From NCBI RefSeq assembly GCF_963676685.1, contig NC_092345.1:32240001-32304000 (forward strand): a stretch of DNA of 64,000 nt. The letters run 5' to 3'. The notes under the pieces are model-generated. The model was not told the DNA's origin. It saw only the letters and a list, made by a program, of their open reading frames with translations, and did not search any database. This stretch comes from Mytilus edulis. Lineage: Eukaryota. Shown piece by piece: positions 51,401 to 64,000 of this stretch (its first letter is position 1; every line of letters begins with the position of its first letter). The position numbers and the translations under genes were made by a program.

Positions 51401-54400
51401 GTAGGTGAACATCTAAAAATTTTTGTTATTTTTAAAAAAACAAGACGAAAATCAACATTTCAGGGGTAACCAGATGCTCCGCAGGGCGTAGCTTTATACG
51501 ACCGCAGAGGTTGAACCCTGAACGGTTAGGGCAAGTATGGACACAACATTCAAGCTGGATTCAGCTCTAAATTTGGATTGTGATTAAATAGTTGACACAG
51601 CATAGGTTTCTGACACAGAATGAATGTGTTCTAATGAACTTAAAATTTTTGTTTCTCTTAGAGCAATTCACTATGCTGTTGAATATTAATCCTCTCAAAA
51701 AAATGTTTGAAGAAATTTTCATTTTTATTTATGAAATTTCAAATGAGAAAAATTGAACCCATTTTTTTTAATCACATCCCCCTTTCCCTTATTCCAAAAC
51801 TAATCTCAATTAAAATTTCTAATGGAGTTTGCAACAATAACTACTCATTTAAATACATCATAAAATATTAAGATGTAAAAAAACTGCTTGTTATCACTGA
51901 ATGGTAAAGATTATTTTAATTTATCAGTTGGTAGTAAAAAGTGAATATACATTGTATATTGTATATAACAAAGATTTAAGTTGATTCTGGACAAAGAAAG
52001 ATAACTCCAATTAAAAAAAAATCTTGCTATTGCACAATATTTTGCAATTAGATATTTCTTGCTTACTATTCTGGACAAAGAAAGATAACTCTAATTAAAA
52101 AAAAAATTGCTATTTCACAATATTGTGCAATTAGATATTTCTTGCCATTGCGCAATACTGTGCAATTGAAAAGACTTGCTATTGCACAATACTTAATATA
52201 ATAATTTTAGATCCTGATTTGGACCAACTTGAAAACTGGGCCCATAATAAAAAATCTAAGTACATTTTTGGATTCAGCATATCAAAGAACTTCAAGATTT
52301 CAATTTTTGTTAAAATCAGACTAAGTTTAATTTTGGACCCTTTGGACTTTAGTGTAGACCAATTTGAAAACAGGACCAAAAATGAAGAATCTACATACAC
52401 AGTTAGATTTGGTATATCAAAGAACCCCATTTATTCAATTTTTGATGAAATCAAACAAAGTTTAATTTTGGACCCCGATTTGGACCAACTTGAAAACTGG
52501 GCCAATAATCAAGAATCTAAGTACATTTTTAGATTCAGCATATCAAAGAACCTAACTGATTCATTTTTTGTCAAAATCAAACTAAGTTTAATTTTGGACC
52601 ATTTGGACCTTAATGTAGACCAATTTGAAAACGGGACCAAAAGTTAAGAATCTACATACACAGTCATGACAGTTAGATTCAGCATATCAAAGAACCCCAA
52701 TTATTCAATTTTGATGAAATCAAACAAAAGTTTAATTTTGGACCCTTTGGGCCCCTTATTATGTTGGGACCAAAACTCCCAAAATTAAACCCAACCTTTC
52801 TTTTATGGTCATAAACCTTGTGTTTAAATTTCATAGATTTCTATTTACTTATACTAACGTTATGGTGCAAAAACCAAGAAAAATGCTTATTTGGGTCCCT
52901 TTTTGGCCCCTAATTCCTAAACTGTTGGGACCTAAACTCCCAAAATCAATACCAACCTTCCTTTTGTAGTCATTAACATTGTGTTTAAATTTCATTGATT
53001 TCTATTTACTTAAACTAATGTTATTGTGCGAAAACCAAGAATAATGCTTATTTGGGCCCTTTTTTGGCCCCTAATTCCTAAACTGTTGAGACCAAAACTC
53101 CCAAAATCAATCCCAACCGTTCTTTTGTGGTCATAAACCTTGTGTCAAAATTTCATAGATTTCTATTAACTTAAACTAAAGTTATAGTGCGAAAACCAAG
53201 AAAATGCTTATTTGGGCCCTTTTTGGCCCCTAATTCCTAAAATGTTGGGACCAAAACTCCCAAAATCAATACCAACCTTCCTTTTGTGGTCATAAACCTT
53301 GTGTTAAAATTTCATAGATTTCCATTCACTTTTACTAAAGTTAGAGTGCGAAAACTAAAAGTATTCGGATGCCGGACGACGACGACGACGACGACGCCGA
53401 CGCCAACGTGATAGCAATATACGACGAAAATTTTTTCAAAATTTGCGGTCGTATAAAAACAGCAAAATTTCCTTAAAATTACCATTTCAGGGGCAGCAAC
53501 CCAACAACGAAATGTCCGATTCAACTGAAAATTTCAGGGCAGATAGATCTTGACCTGTTGAACAATATTACCCCATGTCAGATTTGCTCTAAATGCTTTG
53601 GTTTTTGAGTTATAAGCCAAAAACTGCATTTTACCCCTATGTTCTATTTTTAGCCATGGCGGCCATCTTGGTTGGTTGGCCGGGTCACCGGACACATTTT
53701 TTAAACTAGATACCCCAATGATGATTGTGGCCAAGTTTGGTTAAATTTGGCCCAGTAGTTTCAGAGGAGAAGATTTTTGTAAAAGTTAACGCAGGACGAC
53801 GAGGACGACGGACGACGACGGACGCCAAGTGATGAGAAAAGCTCACTTGGCCCTTTGGGCCAGGTGAGCTAAAAAATTGTTCATCTAAAGTGTAAAGAAT
53901 CAGATAAATTTTAAAAGGCCAGTATAAAAGTATTTCTAGATTCAAATCTTTACCTACCAATTTTTTTTTTGCCATTTCAAAGAAATATTTGTATACAGTT
54001 TAATATTTTATATCTAAATGAGTCCATAAAAAATTACCTGCAACCTTCAATTTTAGGCAAGGATTTAGAAAATTAATGTGGTAATCTTGTTTTCTCTTTC
54101 TCTTTTCTCAGTTTATATAAGAAATCAAGTGCATGCATTTCATTACTTATTATACTAATTAAAGAAATCCTTCTAAAAATCTGTTTAACGAAAAAATTCA
54201 AAATGATTGTTTGTATTCAAAATATGAAAGTTGCCGAATAAATTTATAGAGATTCATTCCAGTTGGACCGTAAGTTATAAAAATTGTTGTACAATAATTG
54301 AGATTAGATCAATACTTATAGCAGAATAGGCCCACATAGCCATGAATATTCATTAGGATTTTTTGTTTTAAAGGGGCACTAGCTACGAGATATATAAAAA

Positions 54401-57400
54401 ATCTAAAGTTTAATTTTTTTCTGTTCAATCAATAATGAAAGTGAAATAGTGAAATAACAATTCGCTTTTTGCAGCCAAAAAGGTTCAATTTTGTCAAATT
54501 ACGCTAAGAAACATTGATAATTAGTAATTCACTTGCAAGTGAATGAGTCGACCTCTTTAAATCCTTATTCATGTGAATTCAATTTAACCCCTAGCTAGAG
54601 ATTGACAACGCATGCATTGTACGTGTACTGGTTATTTAAAGAAAAAGAATGTCAACAATGAAAGTGAAACTCAGTAAATCATTAGATTACTAATTTCGAT
54701 GCACATAAAATCATTCTTATACGGTTAAAAACAATGAGAAACATCTATTTTTAATCTATAAAATAGAACCAAACAGACCTATAAAAATCCAATTGCACGT
54801 GTTGGTTTAATCTATTCATATCTTTATTTATGTTTACATCGCTTATATGGTCATCTGAGGTCAAATCGATAGTTAATTAGATGGCGTCTGGACTAAAATA
54901 CACACGAAACGAACCTATATATTATCTACCCCATGCTCTGTAAATTGTTTATTTTAGACTTTTGATAGTTTGGATAAATCAAGTGCATGCATTTCATTAC
55001 TTATTATACTAATTAAAGAAATCCTTCTAAAAATCTGTTTAATGAAAAAATTCAAAATGATTGTTTGTATTCAAAATATGAAAGTTGCCGAATAAATTTA
55101 TAGAGATTCATTCCAGTTGGACCGTAAGTTATAAAAATTGTTGTACAATAATTGAGACAGTAGATCAATACTTATAGCAGAATAGGCCCACATAGCCATG
55201 AATATTCATTAGGATTTTTTGTTTTAAAGGGGCACTAGCTACGAGATATATAAAAAATCTAAAGTTTAATTTTTTTCTGTTCAATCAATAATGAAAGTGA
55301 AATAGTGAAATAACAATTCGCTTTTTGCAGCCAAAAAGGTTCAATTTTGTCAAATTACGCTAAGAAACATTGATAATTAGTAATTCACTTGCAAGTGAAT
55401 GAGTCGACCTCTTTAAATCCTTATTCATGTGAATTCAATTTAACCCCTAGCTAGAGATTGACAACGCATGCATTGTACGTGTACTGGTTATTTAAAGAAA
55501 AAGAATGTCAACAATGAAAGTGAAACTCAGTAAATCATTAGATTACTAATTTCGATGCACATAAAATCATTCTTATACGGTTAAAAACAATGAGAAACAT
55601 CTATTTTTAATCTATAAAATAGAACCAAACAGACCTATAAAAATCCAATTGCACGTGTTGGTTTAATCTATTCATATCTTTATTTATGTTTACATCGCTT
55701 ATATGGTCATCTGAGGTCAAATCGATAGTTAATTAGATGGCGTCTGGACTAAAATACACACGAAACGAACCTATATATTATCTACCCCATGCTCTGTAAA
55801 TTGTTTATTTTAGACTTTTGATAGTTTGGATAAATGTTTTACATTGTTATAAATCAAAGAGGAGAATTTGAGTCAAATCGGTGACCATGAATTTGACAGC
55901 TAGTGCCCCTTTAAGGGTAATTTACATAATTATAGAGGTTATGAAATTATTAAAATTAATCAATACTGTTGCTGAAAGAAGCAATAACATATACAGCAAC
56001 AGCTTTTTCATGAGTTGTACATATTCAATTTGTAATGAATTCGAAGGCATTTAAAGGATGATATAAGATTTGTCTGATGAATGGTCTTGGAATAAAAGAA
56101 AAAAAGCATAAAGATAAATGCAAAGGAAACCAGGTGCTCCGCAGGGCGCAGCTTTATACGACCGCAGAGGTCGAACCCTGAACAGTTGGGGCAAGTATGG
56201 ACAAAACATTCAAGCATGATACAGCTCTGAATTTGGATTGTGATCAAATTTTTGACATTACATGGGTTTTTTTTACACAAAACAAATGCCAAGATTTTAC
56301 AAATCAATTAAAGATTTCTTCTTCAAACTTTTTAAATCTAAAATTAAATAGTTGACACAGCATAGGTTTCTGACACAGAATGAATGTGGTCTAATGAACT
56401 TAAAAGGTTTTTTTTGCCTTTGAGCAAATCACTATGCTGTTGAATATTAATCCTCTCAAAAAAATGTTTGAAGAAATTTTCTTTTTATTATGAAATCTGA
56501 AATGAGAAAAATTTAACCCCCCCCCCCCTTTTTTTTCACATCCCCGTTTCCCTTTTTCAAAACTGATATCAATTCAAATTTCTAATGGAGTTTGCAACAA
56601 TAACTACTCATTTAAATACATCATAAAATATTAAGATGTAAAAAAACTGCTTGTTATCACTGAATGGTAAAGATTATTTAAATTTATCAGTTGGTAGTAA
56701 AAAGTGTATATACATTGTATATTGTATATAACAAAGATTTAAGTTGATTCTGGACAAAGAAAGATAACTCCAATTAAAAAAAATTCTTGCTATTGCACAA
56801 ATAGGATATTTCTTGCTTACTATTCTGGACAAAGAAAGATAACTCTAATTAAAAAAAAATTTGCTATTTCACAATATTGTGCAATTAGATATTTCTTGCC
56901 ATTGCACAATACTGTGCAATTGAAAAGACTTGCTATTGCACAATACTTAATATAATAATTTTAGATCCTGATTTGGACCAACTTGAAAACTGGGCCCATA
57001 ATCAAAAATCTAAGTACATGTTTAGATTCAGCATATCAAAGAGGCCCAAGAATTCAATTAATGTTAAAATCAAACTTAGTTTAATTTTGGACCCTTTGGA
57101 CTTTAATGTAGAATTTGAAATTTGAAAACAGGACCAAAAATGAAGAATCTACATACACAGTTAGATTTGGCATATCAAAGAACCCCAAGGATTCAATTTT
57201 TGATGAAATCAAAGAAAGTTTAATTTTGGACCCTTTGGACCTTAATGTAGACCAATTTGAAAACTGGACCAAAAAAACTTCAATAATCAAGAATCTAAGT
57301 ACATTTTTAGATTCAACATGTCAAAGAACCCAACCGATTCATTTTTTGTCAAAATCAAACTAAGTTTAATTTTGGACCCTTTGGACCTTAATGTAGACCA

Positions 57401-60400
57401 ATTTGAAAACGGGACCAAAAGTTGAGAATCTACATATACAGTTAGATTCGGCATATCAAAGAACCCCAATTATTCAATTTTGATGAAATCAAACAAAGTT
57501 TAATTTTGGACCCTTTGGGCCCCTTTTTCCTAAACTGTTGGGACCAAAACTCCCAAAATCAATACCAACCTTCCTTTTATGGTCATAAGCCTTGTGTTTA
57601 AATTTCATAGATTTGTATTTACTTATACTAACATTATAGTGCGAAAACCAAGAAAAATGCTTATTTGGGTCCCTTTTTGGCCCCTAATTCCTAATATGTT
57701 GGGTCCTAAACTCCCAAAATAAATACCAACCTTCCTTTTGTGGTCATAAACATTGTGTTTAAATTTCATAGATTTCCATTTACTTAACCTAAGGTTATTG
57801 TGCAAAAACCAAGAAAAATGCTTATTTGGGCCCTTTATTGGCCCCTTATTCCTAAACTATTGAAACCAAAACTCCCAAAATCAATCCCAATCTTTCTTTT
57901 GTGGTCATAAACCTTGTGTCAAAATTTCATAGATTTCTATTAACTTAAACTAAAGTTATGGTGCGAAAACCAAGAAAATGCTTAATTGGGCCCTTTTTGG
58001 CCCCTTATTCCTAAAATGTTGGGACCAAAACTCCCAAAATCAATACCAACATTCCTTTTATGGTCATAAACCTTGTGTTAAAATTTCATAGATTTCTATT
58101 CACTTTTACTAAAGTTAGAGTGCGAAAACTAAAAGTATTCGGACGCCGGACGACGACGACGACGACGCAGACGCCAACGTGATAGCAATATACGACGAAA
58201 ATTTTTTCAAAATTTGCGGTCGTATAAAAATTCCTAAAGAGGCAGTCAATTTTATGTTTACAATAGAGCTTATTGTGGTGACCATGTTTACCCTGATATT
58301 TTTTCTCTTTTTGCTATGTTTTATAAAGTTATGAGCTAAACACTGCAGTTAAACACCTATATTCTAGTTAAAGCCATGTTAGTTGATCAACCTTGATAAA
58401 AATCACAAACTTCATATAAGACATCCTACAGATGATACAGACAAATCATTTCAAATCATTGAGCAGTTTGTAAAGTTGATTTCTATAATATACTATATGC
58501 ACAACACAGATACCATGAAAGGTATTTCTTTACAAGAAGATATTTTACCCAGCTGCCAAATTACAGAATTATGACTGTGAATAGATAAGTCTTTACTTAT
58601 ACTTATTTATAAATGCAGCCACATGCTTAGCCGAGAAGCAGTAAATACCAATTCTTGATTTGACCATGGTTCAAACATGTAATTTTTTGCATTACAAGCA
58701 ACCAACATATGTATAATTCAAAATCAGGTCATAACAATGAAGATATAAACTTACCAATTGAACATAAGCCAAATTCTTTTCTTTCTCTTCAACTTGGTCA
58801 TGTATAGCCTCGATTTCAGCTGCTTTTTCTTTCAGCTGAATTTGTAGGTTGTATACTTGTAATCCTAGGACGTCTTGATCTTGACTTAACTTCTGCTTCA
58901 AGGTATGATTCTCTTCCTTACACATCTAAAAAACATCAACACACATAATTTGTACAAATTTTTTTCTCATTAGTTCATAAAAATCATAAATAGAGTCAAC
59001 ATTAAGGAGTCACTTGATGGTTAATATCATATTGAAAAAAGAATAATTCTTGCATTGCTGATACCTTTGTTTTCTGCCTTTCTATTCAATGTACCAAAAA
59101 CAAAAACAGACAAAAATACAAAAATAAGTTAAAAATCATTCAAGGGCAATAACTCCTATAAAGAGTTGTTTTATGGTTTTGGTTAGTTCACGTCTTTGTA
59201 ATTCTTGTATAATATTCAATGCTGATTATTTTTTAGTGTTCACAGTTTTTGTTTAATCTATCTAAAATGAACTTTACTCTTGATATCTTGACATTATTAT
59301 TTTGATATCAGTTAAGCCCTTATACAGAAAATATATCTAGCTTTCACATTTTTAGAATATAAATAAATACCTGTAAATCATTAGCCATTTTATGATTATG
59401 TTCTGTGAATGTTTTAAGCTCCTCCTGAAGTAGCTCTTTGACATTATCAGCAGCTGCCAATTTGTCTTCTAAGTTCTGGATCTTCTCTGACAAGTAATCA
59501 ATGTTCTCCTAAAATACAAAAGCTTTACATGAGAGATCCACATCAGTAAAGGGAAGGGGAGACAGTTTACCATAGTATTGACATTTTTTTTTTATATAGG
59601 AAAAAATCAAAGGCAGTTGTGAAATGAAATGACCAAAAGGGATATATTGTTTATATCCAGATGGCATCTTTGAAAAAATAAAAGGCTACCAGGTTAGATG
59701 TTGAGCCTCAAAATGAGAAATATTTGTAAATGCATTCACATTTTTTAAACAAATTAATATGATTTTCTTATTTTGGTATATTTAACGATTGCATAGCAAT
59801 ATAAAACTATTAAAAATGTGCTTAAGAGGACAATTGAAAGATACATCTAGTATGCTGGATATTCATTAGCAACCAACCAATAAACTGATGTATGCTATGT
59901 TTATTTTAATTCCATTATTGGTAAAGAATTTCATGACAATCTATACAACAATGCAAACTTGCAAAATGTTGGAAAGTAAATGTTTGACCTTAGAGAGTGA
60001 TTAGAATTGTTATAACAGAGCATTGATTGACCCTAGTATCTCAGAAATGTTAATAAATATCATAACTGTCTTACTTTATCTGAAGACAAAATTTCTCCTT
60101 GTCTGTGTAGCAATAGCTGGGTTTGTTCTAATTCAGCTTTTGTACTGTCTAGGTTTGACTTCAGGTGTTCAACAAGGCTCTCCTGTTTGGCAAGTTTTAT
60201 TTCTAAATCTTCAATTTGACGTGCAGACTCTTTATCTGTTCCTTCTTGTTTGGTAAAATGTTGCTGAAATAAATAAATGAAATCAGTAAAATTGTTATGT
60301 TAATACTGTGATTATGAAATAAAATAGTAAAAAAATTGATACAAAGAAAAGAAAAAACTTTACAATCTAATTTCAAGCTATTTATGCTTATATATGGATG

Positions 60401-63184
60401 AATGAGACAATTACTTTTGTGATATCAATAAACCATGAACAAAACAATAATCTGTGACCATAAAACATCATATCCTGTCTCACAATATTTCTATTTCTAA
60501 TGAAAATTGTGGTCAAAACAGATCACTGAATATCAGACAGACACAGAGGCCAGAAAAATAAATGATTCCTCTACTGTAGATTTATTGTTTTTTTGTTGTA
60601 AATCATTTTTTGTGGGTTTCGTGGTAGGGGGCGAACCACAAATTTAAATATTCAAAGAACTACAAATTTTCAATCAGCTTTGTAAACATAGATTTCAAAA
60701 CCACAAAATTAAATATCCACGACAATGCTACTTTTCCTCAATCCAGGGAAATTGATACCCACGAAAATAAATTAATCCAAAGTATTATAGAAGGTGGGGC
60801 ATAAACAAAATACAAAAAATGTATAATAATAAAAAATTTCAGTAACTTCCTTCTTTTAAGTTAGCTATGATATAAATTATCAAATACTTCCTTGAAAAAT
60901 TCAGGATTTCATCTGATTTCTATTACCTTGTACATATCTATTCCTTGTTTCAGTTTGAGATTTTCCCCTTCCAAATTATCTTTCTCATTCTGTAATTTTT
61001 TGACAAATTCTTTCAGCTGATTTATCTCATCATCTAATCTCCTAACCTTGTCTTGTATCGATTCTTTATCCTATAAATAACAAAATGAAGTATCTAAATA
61101 TAAATTCTTGTCTTTGCAATCAGTATATCCCAGTAATATTTCTTTTGTTGCTTTTCGTCTAACCCCTTTGTTTAAATGTACGTTTGATATTTGAACAATT
61201 AAATATTTTTAATATTCAATAAAACCATGAAAATATAAACCATTACATGAATTTCAACTGCATTATTATATGGCGACTGTTTAACAAATTTTCCTAGAAT
61301 TATTGATGTAATTAGGTCAGCTGATAAACTCACAAACAGAATATTCAGACTTTCATTTTCATTTTCAAGTTTGTGACTCAGCAACCAGTTCACAAATCGA
61401 TAACTATATAACCTCTAGTTATAAATGTGTTTAATCCTCACACTTATTAAACCAAATCATTGTTATTCTTTACTTTCAATTTCAACTCTCTGGAAATCAG
61501 AATATTTTTAAATGAATATCAAATCTACAGAGTGTTAACAAAAGTAATTTGTGCCACATGGTCTATTGAAGTGAGAACCAAGGAAAAAATTCTAACAAAT
61601 CATTCACATTCAAGTATTTGTAGATAATAATAGAAAATCTGATAGATAAATCTGTTGTAGAGTTGTCACTGACTCAGACATACTTATAAATATATTTATT
61701 TTCTGTGACTGTATCTTGCATTAATTTGTAGGATCCTTTACTATAGATAATTGAGCTGATCGGTAACAATAACATCTCCATGCCATATATATCATGTACT
61801 GTAGTACCATGCTAGATTAAAACTGACGAAGAAAGGTAACACACGGCCACCGAAAGCTTTATTATTGTTAATTATTATTACTAGCGGGACGGCTACAGTG
61901 TAGGCGATTAGGTGTCACGATATCTTAGTAGCATGGGTTCGAATCCCGGCAAGGGAAGAACAAAAAATTTGCGAAAGCAAATTTACAGATCTAACATTGT
62001 TGGGTTGATGTTTAGACGAGTTGTAAATATTACATGCCTTTAGGGAATTTGTTATTTGTTGAATGCTTGAATTTATGAGTCATCTACACCCACAAAATCC
62101 AACAAAATTAGTAGACGAATAGTTGCTTGGTCTTTATTTTTCTATGTTGTATTTTGTGTACTATTGTTTGTCTCTCTTTTTTTTTTTTAAGGACGGCCGT
62201 TTAAGTTTATTTTCGATTTATGAGTTTGACTGTCCGTCTGGTATCTTTGCCCTCTTTTATGAATCCTCAGTATAAAATACCATCTTACCCTTTTAACTGT
62301 ATCAGCCTTTTGCTGAACCTCATCTCTGACCATGATAAGGTCCTTAGCTTCCTGTTGTAGTTGTCCAATAGTCTGTTTATCAACATTAACTTGGTCAGAT
62401 AAATGTTTGTTTTCCTGCAACACTTCCTGAAGGTTCTGGTCCAGTGAATACAGTTTGTTTACGAGTTCATCTCTCTCAAGTTCAAGGTCATGCTGCATCT
62501 TTAAATTTGAATCATACATGTATGTCATTAGGATACATTAAAATTTCTGTGTCATTTGGTCTCTTTTAGAGACTTGTAGCATTGGCAATCATCATCATCT
62601 TTTTTATTTGTATTATAAAAGAAAAAATATTTGAGCAATACAATTTTTTTTTTTTTTTTTTTTATCACACATCGCAGTAAATATATGGAATTTGATGAAA
62701 CTGTCATACAAGTGAGTGGTTTAGCTAGCTATAAAACCAGGTTTAATCCACCATTTTATACATGAGAAAATGGCTGTTCCAAGTCAGGAATATGACAGTT
62801 GGTATCCATTCGTTTGATGTGTTTGAGCTTTTGATTTTGCCATTTGATTAGGGACTTTCCATTTTCCTCAGAGTTCAGTTTTTTTTGTAATTTTACATTG
62901 TATCAAAAAAATACGAAATGCAAGCAAAAGTCTCTGAATTTACAGTATATTATATACCTGTAACAAAGCAGTTTTCTCTGATTCTAGCTTGCTGATATTT
63001 TCTTCCATTACAACTGTCTTTGATCTAATAACCAGCATTTCAGTTTCTTCGTCTTCAATCTCCAGAAAGTCATCAGCACTTGGCCTTCTGAACTGGAATG
63101 GTGTACTGGCTCCTCTGATCTGTCCAGAACTTGTTACGTAACAGAACTGGTAGAATTCTCCATCATCATTGGGCAGTTTGTGAG
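45471..63184 (-). CDS. TAX1BP1: Tax1-binding protein 1 / CALCOCO-family selective autophagy receptor, 15 coding exons (5' exons outside window)
   Basis: GT-AG exons with consistent phase: 63184-62958, 62498-62289, 61070-60927, 60263-60075, 59508-59371, 58925-58755, 51357-51178, 50612-50471, 50179-50014, 49247-49103, 48545-48471, 48101-47868, 47320-47089, 46190-46133, 45708-45471 (~848 aa). SKICH C-terminus LPNDDGEFYQFCYVTSSGQIRGASTPFQFR, CLIR-like MLVI, long coiled coil with EIEDLKERLTMG, two UBZ fingers (CPVC..HVIGH, CPLC..HVNQH), terminal FD*. Confidence 0.92.
46603..46827. mobile_element. MITE with 6-bp TSD
   Basis: GGGGGTCTCATT(T)GGGG...CCCCAATGAGACCCAC; TSD TTAAAA on both sides. Confidence 0.75.
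48680..48856. mobile_element. MITE with 6-bp TSD and internal ~31-bp repeats
   Basis: GGGGGTTTGGATGGGG...CCCCATCCAGACCCTC; TSD ATTTCT on both sides; three gat(t/a)agagaaaaaa(a)ggggt units. Confidence 0.75.
49364..49519. repeat. ~155-bp near-perfect palindrome (fold-back element remnant)
   Basis: taaggaatgactgtaatattttttctgtctat...atagacagaaaaaatattacagtcatttctta, with inner tggtgcacactg/cagtgtgcacca arms. Confidence 0.75.
49632..49840. mobile_element. TA-flanked MITE (Tc1/mariner-like)
   Basis: ta-CTGTGGATTC...GAATCCACAG-ta; related degenerate copy at ~60573-60784. Confidence 0.7.
50683..50761. mobile_element. 79-bp TA-flanked MITE (pogo/Tc1-like CAGTCAAAC ends)
   Basis: ta-CAGTCAAACCTG...CAGGTTTGACTG-ta. 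Confidence 0.7.
51469..53458 (-). mobile_element. HINE family A copy 2 (intronic)
   Basis: Same termini and internal arrays as 34010-38990. Confidence 0.82.
53460..53876 (-). mobile_element. Second HINE-like family, 5' part only
   Basis: Minus strand TTTTAGCTCACCTGGCCCAAAGGGCCAAGTGAGCT hairpin followed by a (CGT)/(CCGT) microsatellite; abuts family A copy 2; no 3' end recognised. Confidence 0.65.
54122..55831 (+). repeat. Recent ~854-bp tandem duplication (54122-54975 / 54976-55831)
   Basis: Near-identical copies beginning aaatcaagtgcatgc; AAAT microhomology at the junction. Confidence 0.9.
55228..55910. mobile_element. Kolobok-like non-autonomous DNA transposon
   Basis: TTAA-AGGGGCACTAGCT...AGCTAGTGCCCCT-TTAA; a TTAA TSD with purine-purine start fits Kolobok rather than piggyBac. 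A truncated duplicate starts at 54372. Confidence 0.78.
56129..58229 (-). mobile_element. HINE family A copy 3 (intronic)
   Basis: Same termini and internal arrays. Confidence 0.82.
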
Positions 63185-64000
63185 CTGAAGGAGATTTTTA
63201 GGAATAAATAATTACTTAATCCACATGCTACTTACATTTTACAGCTGGCCTTGTACTTATCAAATACAAGTTACATTTAATACATGAACAGAAATTCTGA
63301 CAATATATCAGATTTCTTTTTACAGTAGCAAAATACAAATGTATGACAAATACTAACATGTTAGTGTTAAAATTGTATTCTTTGTTTCTTTTGACCTTTT
63401 GACCTTTAGTCTTTTTTCTTTTATTTGAAATGGTGCAATATGCATGTGTTAAATTTTTACATGTCATAAAACACTATTATTTCCAAAAATGTTCTTCAAA
63501 ATTTGTAAACATTATAAAAATAAAAGTTTGAATTTTTGTAGCATATTTATGCTATACACATTAACATTTTCAATCTATTAATTATTTGATTTAATCAATT
63601 TGCTAAGAACTCATTAAAATCTCCACTTAAACATAATTATGTAAAAATACAATTATCTCAATTATTATTTGGTGGAATTGTCTCTTATTATTGTTACTAT
63701 TAATTACAAGGAAATTATAATTACATTTGTAATACTACTCTATACAATAAGTATAACTCCTGAGGGAGATTAAAATTACTCAAAAGCCAAATAAATAAAT
63801 AAGGTGTTTTTTTTTCATATTGATCAAAGTGCAAGATGTAATCCTCCTTTGTTACCGTACATTTGATAGGGTCCCTGGTATCATTTCAAATGATAAGATG
63901 TTTGTGTCATTAGGAAGAACTACAGATCAGTGGAGTCCAAAGAATACATTTTATATTTGTGATGGAACTTTTCTGTGTATCAGTCTTTTTTTATGTGGAT

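Noticed and set aside
52179-57805. ORFs such as MDQLENWAH and MGFFD
   Set aside because: They derive from non-coding HINE internal repeats.
61880-61965. tRNA gene (GGTTCGAATCCC B-box-like)
   Set aside because: No convincing cloverleaf; more likely a tRNA-derived SINE fragment, and boundaries are unclear.
63185-64000. Upstream SKICH exon of TAX1BP1
   Set aside because: No DWVG/IFKVGW-like coding sequence seen; presumably outside the window.

Overview
AT-rich animal DNA; the repeat families look like a bivalve such as Mytilus (inference). The left half (1-~32570) is a telomere-like 24-bp satellite, TTAGGG-TTAGGG-TTATAG-ACA(T/G)CA, with higher-order repeats. Three different young BEL/Pao LTR retrotransposons sit in it: an intact 1806-aa gag-pol element with identical LTRs, an integrase-only 1.8-kb element with identical LTRs, and a decayed full-length element. 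All three have tRNA-His-type PBSs and inserted in the non-G-tract half of the satellite unit; two end TG...TA instead of TG...CA. The array grades into a ~150-165-bp TTAGGG-containing satellite (~32570-41640). That satellite hosts a 9-bp-TSD MITE and a HINE (Helentron-associated) element with a nested Academ transposon, and it flips polarity (TTAGGG to CCCTAA) at a hairpin centred on 40958. The right part holds 15 coding exons of a minus-strand TAX1BP1/CALCOCO-family autophagy receptor gene, with HINEs, MITEs and an 854-bp tandem duplication in its introns. Best candidate for an undescribed system: LTR retrotransposons preferentially colonising an interstitial telomere-like satellite beside a possible fusion/fold-back scar.
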